DNA of 64,000 nt, taken from contig CM082595.2 in assembly GCA_040954595.2 (NCBI GenBank), positions 9,847,918 through 9,911,917 on the forward strand, given 5' to 3'. The DNA comes from Balanoglossus misakiensis (Eukaryota; Animalia; Hemichordata). Below are positions 37,847 to 51,296 of the stretch, piece by piece. The stretch's first letter is position 1. The number at the start of each line of letters is the position of its first letter. A program made the position numbers and the translations under genes. Below the pieces are notes generated by a model. It was not told the origin of the DNA, did not search any database, and saw nothing but the letters and a program-made list of their open reading frames with translations.

Positions 37847-40800
37847 GAGGGAGTCCAAAGTTCAGTATACCAGCAAAGCCTTTATATTGTCCATTCTTTT
37901 TAAGAGAAGGCTGGCTGCTGTAGAAAAATGTTGATCTCAAATGTATCATGTCCAAAAAAAGGCAGACTTCCAGCCCTATTGGTTAGGCTGGCATTAGGTA
38001 TGTACATAATTAATGAGGCAAGACATAATATTCCATTACATAGTTCCATAACTCCAAGTGTCAAGGATGTATCTGTGCCGGATGCCAAGATATAGGAATG
38101 TAGGTCAAAGTTTACCCAAGATCACCCAAAAGTTTGTCAAAAGATTTTGACCCCAGAGTTGTCCATGTCCAGGTTACCACATCCACTAGAATAAGATATG
38201 CACATATTTAATGAGGTTACCATAGCTCAAGGGGGTCTTTAATTAACCATCAACATTTAGTTTCATATTAATGCATGTTAATATAATACACTGTATCTAT
38301 AACCCTACTGGTAAGCCTAGAATTAGGTACATGCGAAAGTTTTTGACAAGATAGATAAGTTGTAAAATATGTACATGAACCTGACAGTTGACTTAAAATA
38401 ACATAAGGCAGACTTGATACTTATCGGAGATAGATACTAATAACAACAGTGATGTTAATTACACCGGGAATGTTTGTCTTATTATAGCTACATGTAAAAG
38501 ACTGCTTGAGGTAATGTAATTAAAGTGACCACTTGCGATTCACCTTCAAAGTGCTATGCAAGTACATTGTTTTTCCAATGATTGGACAAAGGATATTCAT
38601 AATGTGTAATTAAGGCTGGATAGCATTTTCAATGTAATAAGCCCTGCCTTCACTATAATCTTACGCCAAATCAACATTGTTCAGTTTATGTTAATAATTT
38701 CACTAAGGGACACTTGTTACATCAAATTTCCCAGCAAGGGGTGTCAGATTATTGGGCAAGTGGCATGCATGACACTAGACGATACTTTTGGAAGCAAAGC
38801 GGACAGAACACGGCTGGATATAGACTAGGTAATTCTGAATGTGACCATGAACTGTACCACAGACTCTGTATTGTATGTTTCTGAAGAATCCCATTTAACC
38901 CAGACATCAACATACTTCAACCTTGTAAGAAGTAGAACATACATGATTTACTAGTAAATATTTGCTAGGTTATTACACACTTTGGATTACACAAAAATAG
39001 GTGTGTACACCGCTGTGACATTGCCAAGCAGATATGACCTACCAGGTAACCTAATACAATTTCACAGGAATCGGAGTATTTTCAGTGAAAACAACATTTC
39101 TTCAACAATGACAAAAACTGCCTCAACCACAAAAATTCAGATATCAACAAATCCAACAATATCTCACTTCAATCACCACAAGGAACATGCCTACCAAAAT
39201 TGAAAGCAATTTGACATGCGGTTTCAAAGAATACAAATTGCAAAAATTGCCTCAAGACCACAAATATGCAAATTTCACCAAAATGATATACAACATTACT
39301 TGGGTTACCTCATGGAACAAGCAAACCAAAATTTAAATGCAACCTGACCTGACATGGAGTTTCAGAGAAAATGATTTTTGACCAAAAATGACAAAATTAC
39401 ATTTCCCAAAAATTACAAATTTTGCCACAATTTAAACAATACTAACAAAGATTACCTATAGGAAATAGCTTACTAAATTCTAGATACAATTCACGATATT
39501 AGCTGAAAGTATATCAGGCGTGACATAAGCTACATGCATACAAATGTTCAAAGCAATCTGACCAGTTGTTGAGTTTCTGAGTTTTGATCAATTTCACATT
39601 GCTCCAGGTAATTAGCATATTTCATTTGAACAGGCGTGCCTGCATCTAAAAACCCAATATCAAGACTTACCACACAGACTCTGTATTGTATGTTTCTGGA
39701 GTAATCAAATAAAACCAATCATGAAAATACTTCAACCTTCTTAATATGAACAAAATCCTATTTACAGGCTGGCCTACATCTACACACCAAATATCAAGGG
39801 GATACGCGAAGGGGTTTTCAAGTTTTTGATGTGGACAGACATACATACATCCATACATACTACATACACACATACAGAGGCAACTGACTGGTCAGAAGGC
39901 ATGAGCAAAAATGCAGGAAATCAATGTTGTGACACTGGTAGTAGGCCTTAATGTATACAATATCAAGACAGTTTATTTAACATGAAGTTTGATATGTTCA
40001 TAATCATTCAGAGCTAAGCATATTTTGAAATTGTAAAATTAATATTAATCACATGAAAACTGACAGCATGCTTTCATTTGGGAATTTAGGTATTGTAATT
40101 AACACTAACAGTCATGAAACTATTGAATCGTCAATAAAATCATACAGTAGAAATTAATGGGTTTTCTATTTGTATGCGATATGAAAATGCAACTTGTGGT
40201 CCTTCGGCCAGTAAGAGGCATCAGATAATATTGTAAGACCCAGTTGCCCAATTGATTAGACCTACATGTATGCGCTGTGTGAAGCGCAAGTTATGGCAAC
40301 TGAATTCACAGGACACTGAAGAAAGTGGAATCACTCAAGGTACATATGTATACATGTAGGCTAACAATCACAACACAGAGAATAGTTCTCCATATTCATT
40401 TTTAATACGATAAGATTCACTGAATTGGCGCATCCATGGGCAGGCAAGGTTAGTTCCAACTCAGTTTGCAAATCAGGCCCATGTATCTTGTTCCCTGAGA
40501 CTGCTTCTAATAATAGCTGTAAGAACATATTAATCGTTGACCGAATGGTTGGTTCAATTTTGCGACATTTTATGATTTCAAGCTGTGCAATTTTGCAACT
40601 CAGTTTCAACTTTGGTTGGAGGGATGATGATGAAGCAATTTCACTGACAAAATAGCACTACTAACTGACGTCAATATTTGTTCAAAGTTAAATGCATTGC
40701 CATCAGAAAAATGTATACGAAAAGTTTCGTATGTGAATAATAACACTTTTTCGCATAACTGCAAACCCTGTCACAGTTGTGAAATTCTAAGAAAATTCAT

Positions 40801-42263
40801 TCATTAGGTAGAATTCGTGCTTTATGAATTCTTAAACAAACTTTGTCATGAAACCTAAATGGTTACCTTACACATGTGGAGGCTCGACTTCTGTGATATG
40901 ATACTCTTTAATTAATGTGTATGTGATTCCATACAAATCCATATGATTACCTGAACATACAAAATAAATTAAAAATAAATACATAAATTAAAAATAAATA
41001 AGTATCTCATACATATGCATAAGTGCTTGTGAGAAATATATCATATATCTAAATAAACCTGTCATTTATTGACCTCATTCTCCCAGTAAACCAAAGGACT
41101 AAATTGCACTTTAATATTACAGCTTCATTTCAATGCAACAGGTACACTACATCATAAGGGAACAAATATGCCAGCTCAACATTTATATAAACAGTGTCAA
41201 AATATAAGTGGCTACAAAAGCTTGTGTCCCTTCAATCCATTCTCCCACTCAGGTCAAACGTGTTACATATTAAAATTACAATGTGCATAATATACAATTA
41301 GTCTTTTGTAAATTCAGACTGAGAAAATATGACTGATAAACATTATCTGGCACATGTTGGTGAATGGCTGGCGTTGATGTTGTGGGTTGAAATCCGAACT
41401 ATGATTATCGCGGGTACAAATCACATTTATTTTCTCAGAGACAACACGTTTGCAACTTCGGGACAGAAAGGTGAAAACGAACGTCATTAGTTCTTGGGAA
41501 AAAACTCTGAAATCAATTTCATTGAGGTCAAATGTGTTCCAAAGGCAAACCGTTTCTGGTAAACAAATCAATGGCAAATAGTTACTTCGGCGACTTACCA
41601 ATCAATCAACATGGCTGCCAAATCGTTGGATATCCCGGTTTCATCTCGCGATCATTCTATCTTCCGATATAGCGTTGCTTGGTTAAATTCGTCTCTTCTT
41701 TGCCGACATAGTCGGGCGACAGCGGTCCAGAAGCATATACAGCGACGCCATCTTGTTTACAATGTGAAGTATCAACTGCGCATGCTCAATGGTTGTTGAT
41801 TGGAAAGTGGGCAGAGCCTGCAAGATCCAGGGTTCGCTTGACCGGCCAAACGCGGTTATTCTCCCTGGACCAAATCATTTAAGCGTCAGGCGTAATACAT
41901 CACATAATTGACTGGAAAACTAAACAGTCTTCCACCTATATATCAACACAGTTTATTAAACCAGCACCCGCGCAAATATTCACAAGTATATGATTAAAAT
42001 TGATGAAATCATTAATCGCACGGTTACAGCTGTCATAGTTTCTAATAATATTATTCACTGGTAGCGCTGACATACCATGTTGAAACTTGTCGCGGAAAAC
42101 AAGATAATTGATCTTACGGTGTCATTTGTTTTTAAAAAGTGCTTAATAACTATTGATCCCATTGATATATTTTTTCCATATTTATATATTTTTCGCTAAT
42201 TTTGACTGCTTGGGCTACTAATAGCATGGTGATCACAATGGATTTACCACCTCCCAGCTGCGT

Positions 42264-42270
42264 TATAAAA
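42264..42270 (+). promoter_or_regulatory. TATA box of the spacer gene
   Basis: TATAAAA about 55 nt upstream of the signal-peptide ATG. Confidence 0.5.
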
Positions 42271-42322
42271 GAATGCCTATTCTGTGGACACTAGCCTCAT
42301 CGAAGACCGAACGTGTTCATCG

Positions 42323-43414
42323 ATGTTTCCATTCATGACGAACTCCAATGCAGGCGTCGCAGTCATTCTGGCTTTCACGCTGTCGGCACCTCTGGTGACA
42401 GCAATTCCCAACAAGTTGCGGGTAAGTAATCACACAACCTATATGAGTGAAAGTTTCTTGTCATTTTCGCAACGTCAAGGTTGATATTCTCTTCTTGGAT
42501 CGAAAATGTGTGACACAACAAATGAATCTGCGTGGCAGGGTCGGCTGTGTCTTTTGCTTCGAGGCATAGTCGTCAGACACACATCCCTAACACGCGAAGC
42601 CAGCTTATCCTTTGATCAAATGGCAGCGCTATTCTAAATATTTTACAGCATGCCCTAAAGGACAAACACGTGCCGCTGGAAGAGGCCAACACTCAGCAGA
42701 GACGGCAAGATGTTAACGGAGGTGAGCCCCAACAATAAATTAATATTGTTCCTTTTATTTAGAAAACGCCGCATAATTAGCCAACCAATCATGGTTATGA
42801 GAAACCTCCAAAATACAATGTATCGATATTTACTGCATCTGTTCATACTTCGCCCGCGCTTTAAAAACCCTATAGCTGCTAAAATTGGCATATTTTTTTC
42901 CAGAGTAAAATACTTCATATGTATATTCCCTATTCCCTAAAATCTTCACCCGTGACCATTGAGCCATATTACTTGCATTTGCATTGGTTTGTCATAACTT
43001 GGCGTCGCATTTCACGATAGCTGCTTAGCTGCTATTGTTTGTATGAAGGCTGATTAAATCGGTGAGGCACCGTTTTAATACATAGCATGTTCCAATTGCA
43101 ACATGCAGTCACAATCGGGCATCGATAAGATGTTTATGTATACCTATCAGTAAGCTTATTTTGATGAACCAATTTAAGTTGGAAAATAAAATCATGAAAA
43201 TAATGCTAAAAGTGGCAGCTTTGGAGGCTTTAAACTACAGTTCTCCCAAATTGTCTTGACTAAATGACATACATGTGGTCAAAAGTTCTGACTGCAGAAG
43301 AGGTTGCAGCTGTGGCGGGGGACTGTTCAATTGGAGGAAATATATTTACATGGAATAAAGACAATATTGAAATGGCAGCAGAAATAGTTCCTACTGAAAA
43401 GAATGCTATCTGCA
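42323..43414 (+). pseudogene. Secreted pentraxin-like gene, internally truncated: exon 1 42323-42421, exon 2 42649-42721, pentraxin C-terminal exon remnant ~43264-43414
   Basis: Exon 1 MFPFMTNSNAGVAVILAFTLSAPLVTAIPNKLR|GTAAGT (signal peptide). Exon 2 ttttacag|HALKDKHVPLEEANTQQRRQDVNG-G|GTGAGC is in frame. YMWSKVLTAEEVAAVAGDCSIGGNIFTW...C|GTGAGT is a pentraxin C-terminal signature, preceded by an in-frame TAA (43261) and a dispersed repeat. Confidence 0.65.
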
Positions 43415-44304
43415 GTGAGTATCACAACTTTAAAATGAAAGATTTTGCAAATTTAAAAAAAATATTGAGTGTTTTGACATGCGTCAGTGGTCAGTAACAC
43501 ACAAGCTGCATGATAAGAGGGTCACGAGAAATTGTAAGCCGCAATGTATAATGGATTAACTCCATGACCTATGCGACCTACGAACTGTGACGTACAGAAT
43601 TTATTTCTACGTGTAATGCGGTCTGCGGCAGTGAGCCACAGACCGCATTGCGAGAGCAGTGAGAATTCACCACAATGCAAACTTTCTGAACGTAGGTTGA
43701 TCTTCGAATGAAATATTACCTTGTCACCAGTTTTCCACATGGCTACACTGTAAAATTGGGTGACGTGTTCGTTCACAAGTGGAATAATTGTGAGTAGTAA
43801 AGCACGCGAAGTTAAGCAACGAGCACGTTTTGAAATGCGCGCAGATGATCCCAGTTTAGCAAATTCAGGCCATTGCGTGCATGCAAAATAAAATAATACT
43901 GTACCGGGGGTGAGCCTACTTTCTTTCCATACAGATACACGTATATGTTGGTTAAGGTATGTGACAAACAGTTTTCATGTAACAGCCAGTGATGCTGACC
44001 ATAAAACCAGCGCAGCTGATGCTTTCATCTACAATTTGCAACATGGACGTTTGTGTCTCTGCATGTGTCGTGCATGTTACTGCTGAACAAAAAAGATATG
44101 CGGGCACCACAGGCTGGCGAAAGCGGTGCTCACGTGCTCTGCAAGCTGATGTTGTCACTAAATTGGCAAAGTATTGTACACATGGAGGAGTTTCTTGAGC
44201 TGTCTGTTGTATAAATGTCGGTTGTGAGTACATTATTTTTTATTTTATTTTAATAATTTTCAAAGCCCCTATGATTGAAGCATATTATTACGACTCATCC
44301 GTTC

Positions 44305-44372
44305 ATCATTCATTCATTCATTCATTCATTCATTCATTCATTCATTCATTCATTCATCCATTCAGTCAGTCA
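44305..44372 (+). repeat. (ATTC)n microsatellite
   Basis: Directly visible. Confidence 0.95.
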
Positions 44373-46859
44373 CTGTACCAATTGAAGACGCCCTTGTATA
44401 GGAGAATTTAGCTATGTACTGACTGTCTTTTCATTTTTTCTTCATCCTATAGAATCTACCGACCTGGTCGCTGTCAATAACAATTCAACTCCTTAAACAT
44501 CCTGTGTGTGTGAAGTCTATGAACACTGGCCATGCATTTCAATTCAAGGACAAAATGAATGCGCAATATTTCGTTTTATCGAGAGTAATGTGCAGTGATT
44601 AAATTTGCTAGGGCTCTCTTAGCAGATTTGGAGTTAGTCATTTTGGTAGAAACTTTTCGAGATGGGAAATCTTTGGTCATCTAACCAAGTTATTTGTATT
44701 TTTGTTATATAAGACAGAGTCATTTCTATATCATAGATGCAAGTTTAATTTATAACATGAATTTGAATAAAATATTTTTTTTAAATATCACCACATGAAT
44801 TTGAATAAAATATTTTTTTTAAATATCACCAGATTGAAATCTTTGGAAGTTTGCACTTAGAGGGATGGCATGGCAGTTTTCCACTGTTCATATTACAAAG
44901 AATTTGGCGTCACGTGTAGATTTCATGAGTGTTCGAGTTTTGCTCTTCCCAGCCTCGTACCCACAATCCTCTGATACTTACACTTACGTCAGTTCTATAG
45001 CCGCTGACCCACTAGATTCTCCTTATGAATTGCCCAAATTATTTTTTGGTATAGTTTTGATAGTTAGTGCACGGAAACTTTTGATCGATGCACGAAATTC
45101 AAAATATGTTACATCACAAACCTCATAAAAAGGAGGCTAGAGTAGCCTGTTTGTTTTCAGGTAATTTTACAATTACCTCAATTACCTTTTTTCGAGGGAG
45201 GGGGTTAAGAAAACATACAGATTGAAATAACAAGGAAGTGGTATATCAAACCGAAACCTTATCTCAATCGTGATTCTAGAGTGTTTCCATGTCATGTGAC
45301 ATCCACAAAAATGTGGTATTATCTTGAAAAGAGTCCCGATTTCCCAAACTGGTTTTGCGAATGTACTTCACTTTGGAGCAATGCATGAGTACATTCGTAG
45401 AAAGATATTGCTCCACTATTTACTGACACTCCTCTTGTACTGCAAATATTACTGCATTCTGTCAGGGCAAGACAAAAGACACAGCAGAACTGCCAGAATT
45501 AAAACAGACAACTGGCAATTTCAATAAAACATGTAATAACAAATATATGTAACATTGAATGAGGTGTCCATACAGCTTGGTCATTTAAAGACCTCCAGTC
45601 ATTGTGACAATGCATAAATATTTAAGTACACCATATTAAAAATTAGTTCAGGCATACCTTATACATGTATGTTTTTGACTGACCATATCCTCAGCACGCC
45701 CTTTTTTTCAAAAAGACTATCATTATTCTCTGCCAGGCAGAGAGTTGCCGCTTTCTTGTTAACAATAATATACTATTATAACATTGCATAGATTCCTGTT
45801 TGTTTCTGTCCATATCTCACAAACTGTGGTGTGCATACTGTTGAAATGACCTCAAGAAGAAAATGCCAAATGGAAAAATATTTGACATACTAACCTGTAT
45901 GATAATGTTATACGGTACAATATATTTAACGGTTCCAATCCAATGTTGAGAACTAACAAAACAATTTGAGCAGAATTCATTTAAAATTAATTGCAGTTCC
46001 GTTTCACCGCATTTCATAGGATGCTGGCTAAAATTCATACTATGGTGGATTACCTGTTATGCATTTCTTTCCCTATTTCGTCTGGCAGATTTGAGTTTGA
46101 CAAGCTGTCATTTTCCTTTCAGCTCCGCAAAATTGATGGATTTACTTTGACAGCACACAGACTGTCCATTTGTCATCGGAGATACAAGCAGCATCAGTTG
46201 CTGAACAGCTTGCAGCAGTGTTGGAAAAGAGTACACAACACTAACTTGCAAGAGTGCTTTGGCCCTTTCTTCACACTGTCCGAAACTTGTTGTGTTACAT
46301 CATTGCTTAATGAATAAGAAATACACAGGTATTTAGCGTTCTATTCAATACCTACAATAGATAAAAGGGTGTCGGTCTGTATGCGACAATCTTCAATGTT
46401 CTTATGAGCACAAGGCTTTATTCAGGGAACGTTTTACAGTAAGAATTATATGATATAAACTGAATAAGTTTGTTGTCTGTCAACTCTTCTGTCTTTGTCT
46501 TACCGATACGGTTCTAACCGCAAACACTGAGGCTTCTCTGCTCGTACACAGTATAAATCAATGGATGATAAAATGCGCCCTCTTTTGGTGAACTCTTCGT
46601 ACCGCCCGACCTTCTACCTTACATTAAGGCATGTAGGGCGGTCAGGTAGATGGCAGTGTATTGCAAGCGTCTCTTGCATATTTTTTTCCGCCAGGAATGG
46701 CATACATTCGTTTTTGGCGACACCACAACTGCTGGAACTTCTCGAAAAATTGAGAGCCGGATTTCATAAATGCTCATGTTTTCCGAAGGGCTGAAAGAAG
46801 ATCCAGAGTGGAATATTTAAATTTGCCTGTGGCAGACATCATAGTGGCTGCCAGTTATT

Positions 46860-47050
46860 CTATTTCTTGTGCAAGAGATAGTATCTTGTTCCAGCGAGAT
46901 GTTTTCTCGTGTGCACGAGAAACATGCTATCTCGTGCATATCTCGTGCGCACGAGAAAATTGCGAGCGCACTCGTGTTCACGAGAAAATATCACATGCAC
47001 ACGTAAGTCGTGCGCACGAGATAAAAAAATGTGCCCTGTAGTCTTTCTTA
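46860..47050. repeat. Fragment of a repeat built from palindromic CTCGTGCGCACGAG sub-units (likely MITE end)
   Basis: About 5 degenerate copies of TCTCGTGCGCACGAGA. Confidence 0.6.
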
Positions 47051-49738
47051 GGACATGGTAGCGTGACGTCGCATTGTAATTAACGGACGATCTTGGAAAT
47101 TCGGCTATTAATGGTGAATGGACTTTAGCCTCCTTCGAACAACAACAGAGACTGACGTCGCAACAATGACAGAAAAAGTGAAGCAAATGGCCGACAAAAC
47201 GAAGAGAATCGGAAAACGGGCAGGATCCTCGGCACAGACATCTGGGAATAATACCACCACATCAAATAGAACGACGAGTAGTGCAGGACAAACCGCCACC
47301 AGTGACTATGACAACAAGTCTGAAGGCGATGCTGGCGAACCCTTGCACAATACAACTACAGTCCTACAGAGAAATGCAGCCCAGCGCCACTCAAGATTTT
47401 CCATTCCTGGTCTGGCAGCAGCCAAAATATGTTGTTGTTTTTTCTCTTAGAAGCGACCTCAGTCTGAGCTGCATGAGAATAAACTGTAGGTTGGGAATAC
47501 AACAAAAAAACACGCAGTCGCTGCGGTCAACACGTAGCTATTAGTTTCGGTTTTATGTTCGCTACAGCTCGGAAACCAAAATGTGGTACAACTTCAAGCT
47601 ACATAAACTGGAAAGCATAGTACGTGCAGAGCAGACCATGGTGACGAAAGCAGGTATTCTAGGTCGTAAGATAAAAACACGGCGCTAGAAAAACAGTCAT
47701 CAAAAGTTGCACGTGTTCCCCGGCCAAAAATAATGTAATTGTTGGCGCACAGAAAGTCCAGTCGATAAACGTTTACGCTATAGAAACTCACTCTCTCAGC
47801 AAAAGTCTGACACCCTCGTCAATGACAAAACGCAAACCGAGCTGGGTATGATCAAGTCAAACATAGGGCCAATCCCCACTCTGTGTTTTATTATTTTCCA
47901 CATACGATGGTTCTAAATAAAAATGTACCTATTTGAAATGCTTACCGAGGTAAGATCATTGAAAGTTTTCAAACGTTGATGACAAATGTATAACTGATTT
48001 TTTACAAATGAATAATCGCGCACTTGCATGTTATTTTCTCTATACCAGACACCGCGCGCGCGCCGTTGGCAAAAAAAAAACGCGGAAAATTATTGAGCAT
48101 GCGCAGTCGATACTTCACAATGTAAACAAGATGGAGTCGCTGCCTATGCTTCTCGACCGCTGTCGCCTGACTATGTCGGCAAAGAAGAGACGAATTTAAC
48201 CATGCAACGCCATATCGGAAGACAGAATGATCGCGAGATGAAACCAGGCTATCCAACGATTAGGCAGCCATGTTGACTGATTGGTATGTCGCCGAAGTAA
48301 TTATTTGCCATTGATTTGTTTACCAGAAACGGTTTGCCTTTGGAACACATTTGGCCTCACCGAAATTGATTTCAGAGGTTTTTTCCCAAAAACTAATGAC
48401 GTTCGTTTTCACCTGAGTGCGAGGATGGATTGAAGGGACACAAGCTTTTGTAGCCACCAATATTTTGACACTCTTTATATCAATGTTGAGCTGGCATATT
48501 TGCTCCAATATGATGTAATGTACCTGTTGCATTGAAATGAAGCTGTAATAATATTACAGTGCAATCTAGTCCTTTGGGTTAATAGGAAAACGATGTCAAT
48601 AAATGACAGGTTTATTTAAATACAGGATATATTTATCACAAGCACTTATGCATATGTATGAGATACTTATTTATTTTTAATTTATTTTTTATTTTTTATT
48701 TATTTTGTACGTTCAGGTAATCATATGGATTTGTATGGAATCACATACACATTAATTGAAGACTATCATATCACAGAAGTCGAGCCGCCAGATGTGTAAG
48801 GTAACCATTTAGGCTTCATGACTAAGTTTGTTTAAGAATTCATAAAGCTACCCAATGAATGAATTTCCTTAAAATTTCACAAATGTGACAGAGTTTGCAG
48901 TTGTGCAAGAAAGTGTGTATTATTCACATAAGAATTTTTTCGTATGCATTTTTCTGATGGCAATGCATTTGACTGTAAACAAATATGGATGTCAGTTAGT
49001 AGTGCTATTTTGTCAGTGAAATGGCTTCATCATCATCCCTCCAACCAAAGTTGAAACAGAGTTGCAAATATTGCACAGCTTGAAATCATAAAATGTTGCA
49101 AAATTGAACCAACCCTTTGGTCAACGATTATGTTCTTACAGCTATTATTAGAACCAGACAGTCTCAGGGAACTAGAGACATGGGCCTGATTTGCAAGTTG
49201 AGTTAGAACTGCCTTTGCCTGCCCACGGACGCCCCAATTTCAGCAAAAATTATTGCATTAAAATATGAGTATGGAGAACTATGCTCTGTGTTTCTTTTGT
49301 TAGCTTACATAGCTGTTGTCATTCTAGTTTTTCCTCCGTCCTGTGAGCAGAGTTTCAGTTGCAAAAACCGACAGTTCTCAAAGTACAAAAGTACACCTAA
49401 ATTGCCTCGGTGATGAGCATGCAGAATTTATCTGATGCTTCTTACTGGCAGAAGGACCCCACCAGTTGCAGATTGTGAATTCCATGGCACAAGGGAATTT
49501 ACGCTTTGCGTTCAAATATAAATAATTAAATCCTGTAAAATTATTCTATATGTTATTTATTGATGATTCAAAAGTGTTATGACTGATTGAGTTAGAGTAC
49601 CTGTATTCCATATAAGCATGCTGTCAGTGCACATCCGATTGATAACAATTTCACATTTTTAAAAATTTGCTTCTCTGAATAATTATGAATACATAAAACT
49701 TCATATGATATAAATTGTCCTGATATCGTAAACATTAA

Positions 49739-50193
49739 ACCCCGATGCGTGGTATAAAAGACCCCCCAAATCAGTGGCGAATCTTAATGCCGTTTGACTG
49801 ACAACAGACAACACCAACGATCTTGGCTCTAATGATCTTGGCTCTATGAAAATCGGCCCAAACAGATCCAAGCATAAAGAATTACACCACACAATGACAG
49901 TGGTTGGCTTTATAAACACACACAACATAAAGTTATCGATGAAAAAGTACACGAGCTTTTGAAACAACGATGATTTTGGGAGAAATCTGGTTTCAGTGCT
50001 TTTCAGAAGCATCCCTGGGAAACAATAACCACGCCATTCAAACAGCTGTCAATCGCATAGAGGTGTAAAGTGTTCAATTATTTTCTATGTACATGAGATC
50101 AATTACACAGTTATTATGCACGACGACCACTCCCAAATAAACAACTGTACAAACACACGTTAATCCGAACCCCAGTACTTTCCGCACCGGGGT
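49739..50193. mobile_element. MITE with TTAA TSD (piggyBac/Kolobok-type target), right arm only
   Basis: TTAA|ACCCCGATGCG ... CGCACCGGGGT|TTAA. Empty site GGCCTTAATGT at ~39944-39954. Confidence 0.82.
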
Positions 50194-51296
50194 TTAAGGC
50201 CTAATGCTAGTGTCACAACATTGATTACCAGACCGTTTCCCTCTGTATGTATGTATGTATGTATGTATGTATGTATGTATGTATGCAGCCATGTATGCAT
50301 GTGTTTGTGTGTGTGTGTACATGTGTGTATGCATGTTACATGTATATATGGATGTATGTCTGCCCTGATCCAAAACATGAAACCATGCTTTTTTTATTTT
50401 GGTGTGTAGATGGGATTTTGCTGAAATGAAGTTGTCAATGCAAAAATACGCAAATAACCTGTGAAATATGTGGAATTGATCAAAACTCAACAACTGGTTA
50501 GACTGCTTTGAACATTTGTATGCATGTAGGTAATGTCATCATACCTGATATACTTTGAGTTTATATCGTGAATTGTCTATTTTTTATGCAATTATTCTGT
50601 CTTGTTTTACCATTTGAAAAAAAATCTTTTCCTCTTAAAGAGATTGGCTGATTTCTTTAGAATTTAGTATGACACTTCCGGTAGGTGATCTTAGTTGGTT
50701 TTGTTTAAATTGTCGCAGAATTTGTAATCTGTCATTTTTGGTCAAAATTCATTTTCTGAGAAACTCCTTAGATTGCTTTTAAATTTTGGTATGCTTGTTC
50801 CAAGAGGTAACCCAAGTAATGTTGTATATCATTTTGGTGAAATTTACATATTGTGGTCTTGGGGCAATTTTTGCAATTTGTATTCTTTGAAACTACTAGT
50901 CAGATTGCTTTCAACTTTGGTAGGCGTGGTGATTGAAGTAGATATTATACAATTTGTTGATAGTTGGATAGATGTGGTTTGAGGCAGTTTTTGTCATTGT
51001 TGAATGTTGTTTTCCCTAAAATACTTGTCTGGTTCCTTTGAAATGTTCTTACAGTAGGTCATATCTGCTTGCCAATGTCACATGATTTTTCCCATGAACA
51101 CAGACATACCTAATTTTGTGTAATCCCCAGATGGGACCACAGTGTGTAATAACCTGACCAACAGTGACTAGTATATCCTGTGTGTTATACAGTACTTCTC
51201 ACAAGGTTGAAGTACATGTAGACTGTTGATGATTTTTTGCGATTCTTCAGAAACTTACAATACAGAGTCTAATGTGGTAACGTCCATGGTCACATT

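Larger units (their letters stand above)
30620..41790 (+). repeat. Left arm of ~29 kb palindrome 2 (partner 48092-59794)
   Basis: Colinear reverse-complement blocks: 30620-30950/59470-59794, 31700-32050/57930-58285, 33750-34013/56820-57045, 36370-38480/54700-56800, 38490-38830/52790-53140, 38840-39960/49700-51296, 40360-41790/48092-49310. Confidence 0.92.

Noticed and set aside
43935-44086. Further Cys-rich exon of the pentraxin-like gene
   Set aside because: Good acceptor and compatible phase, but ambiguous donor and no domain I can identify confidently.
47118-47450. 110 aa Thr/Ser-rich ORF
   Set aside because: Low complexity, with no splice or domain support.
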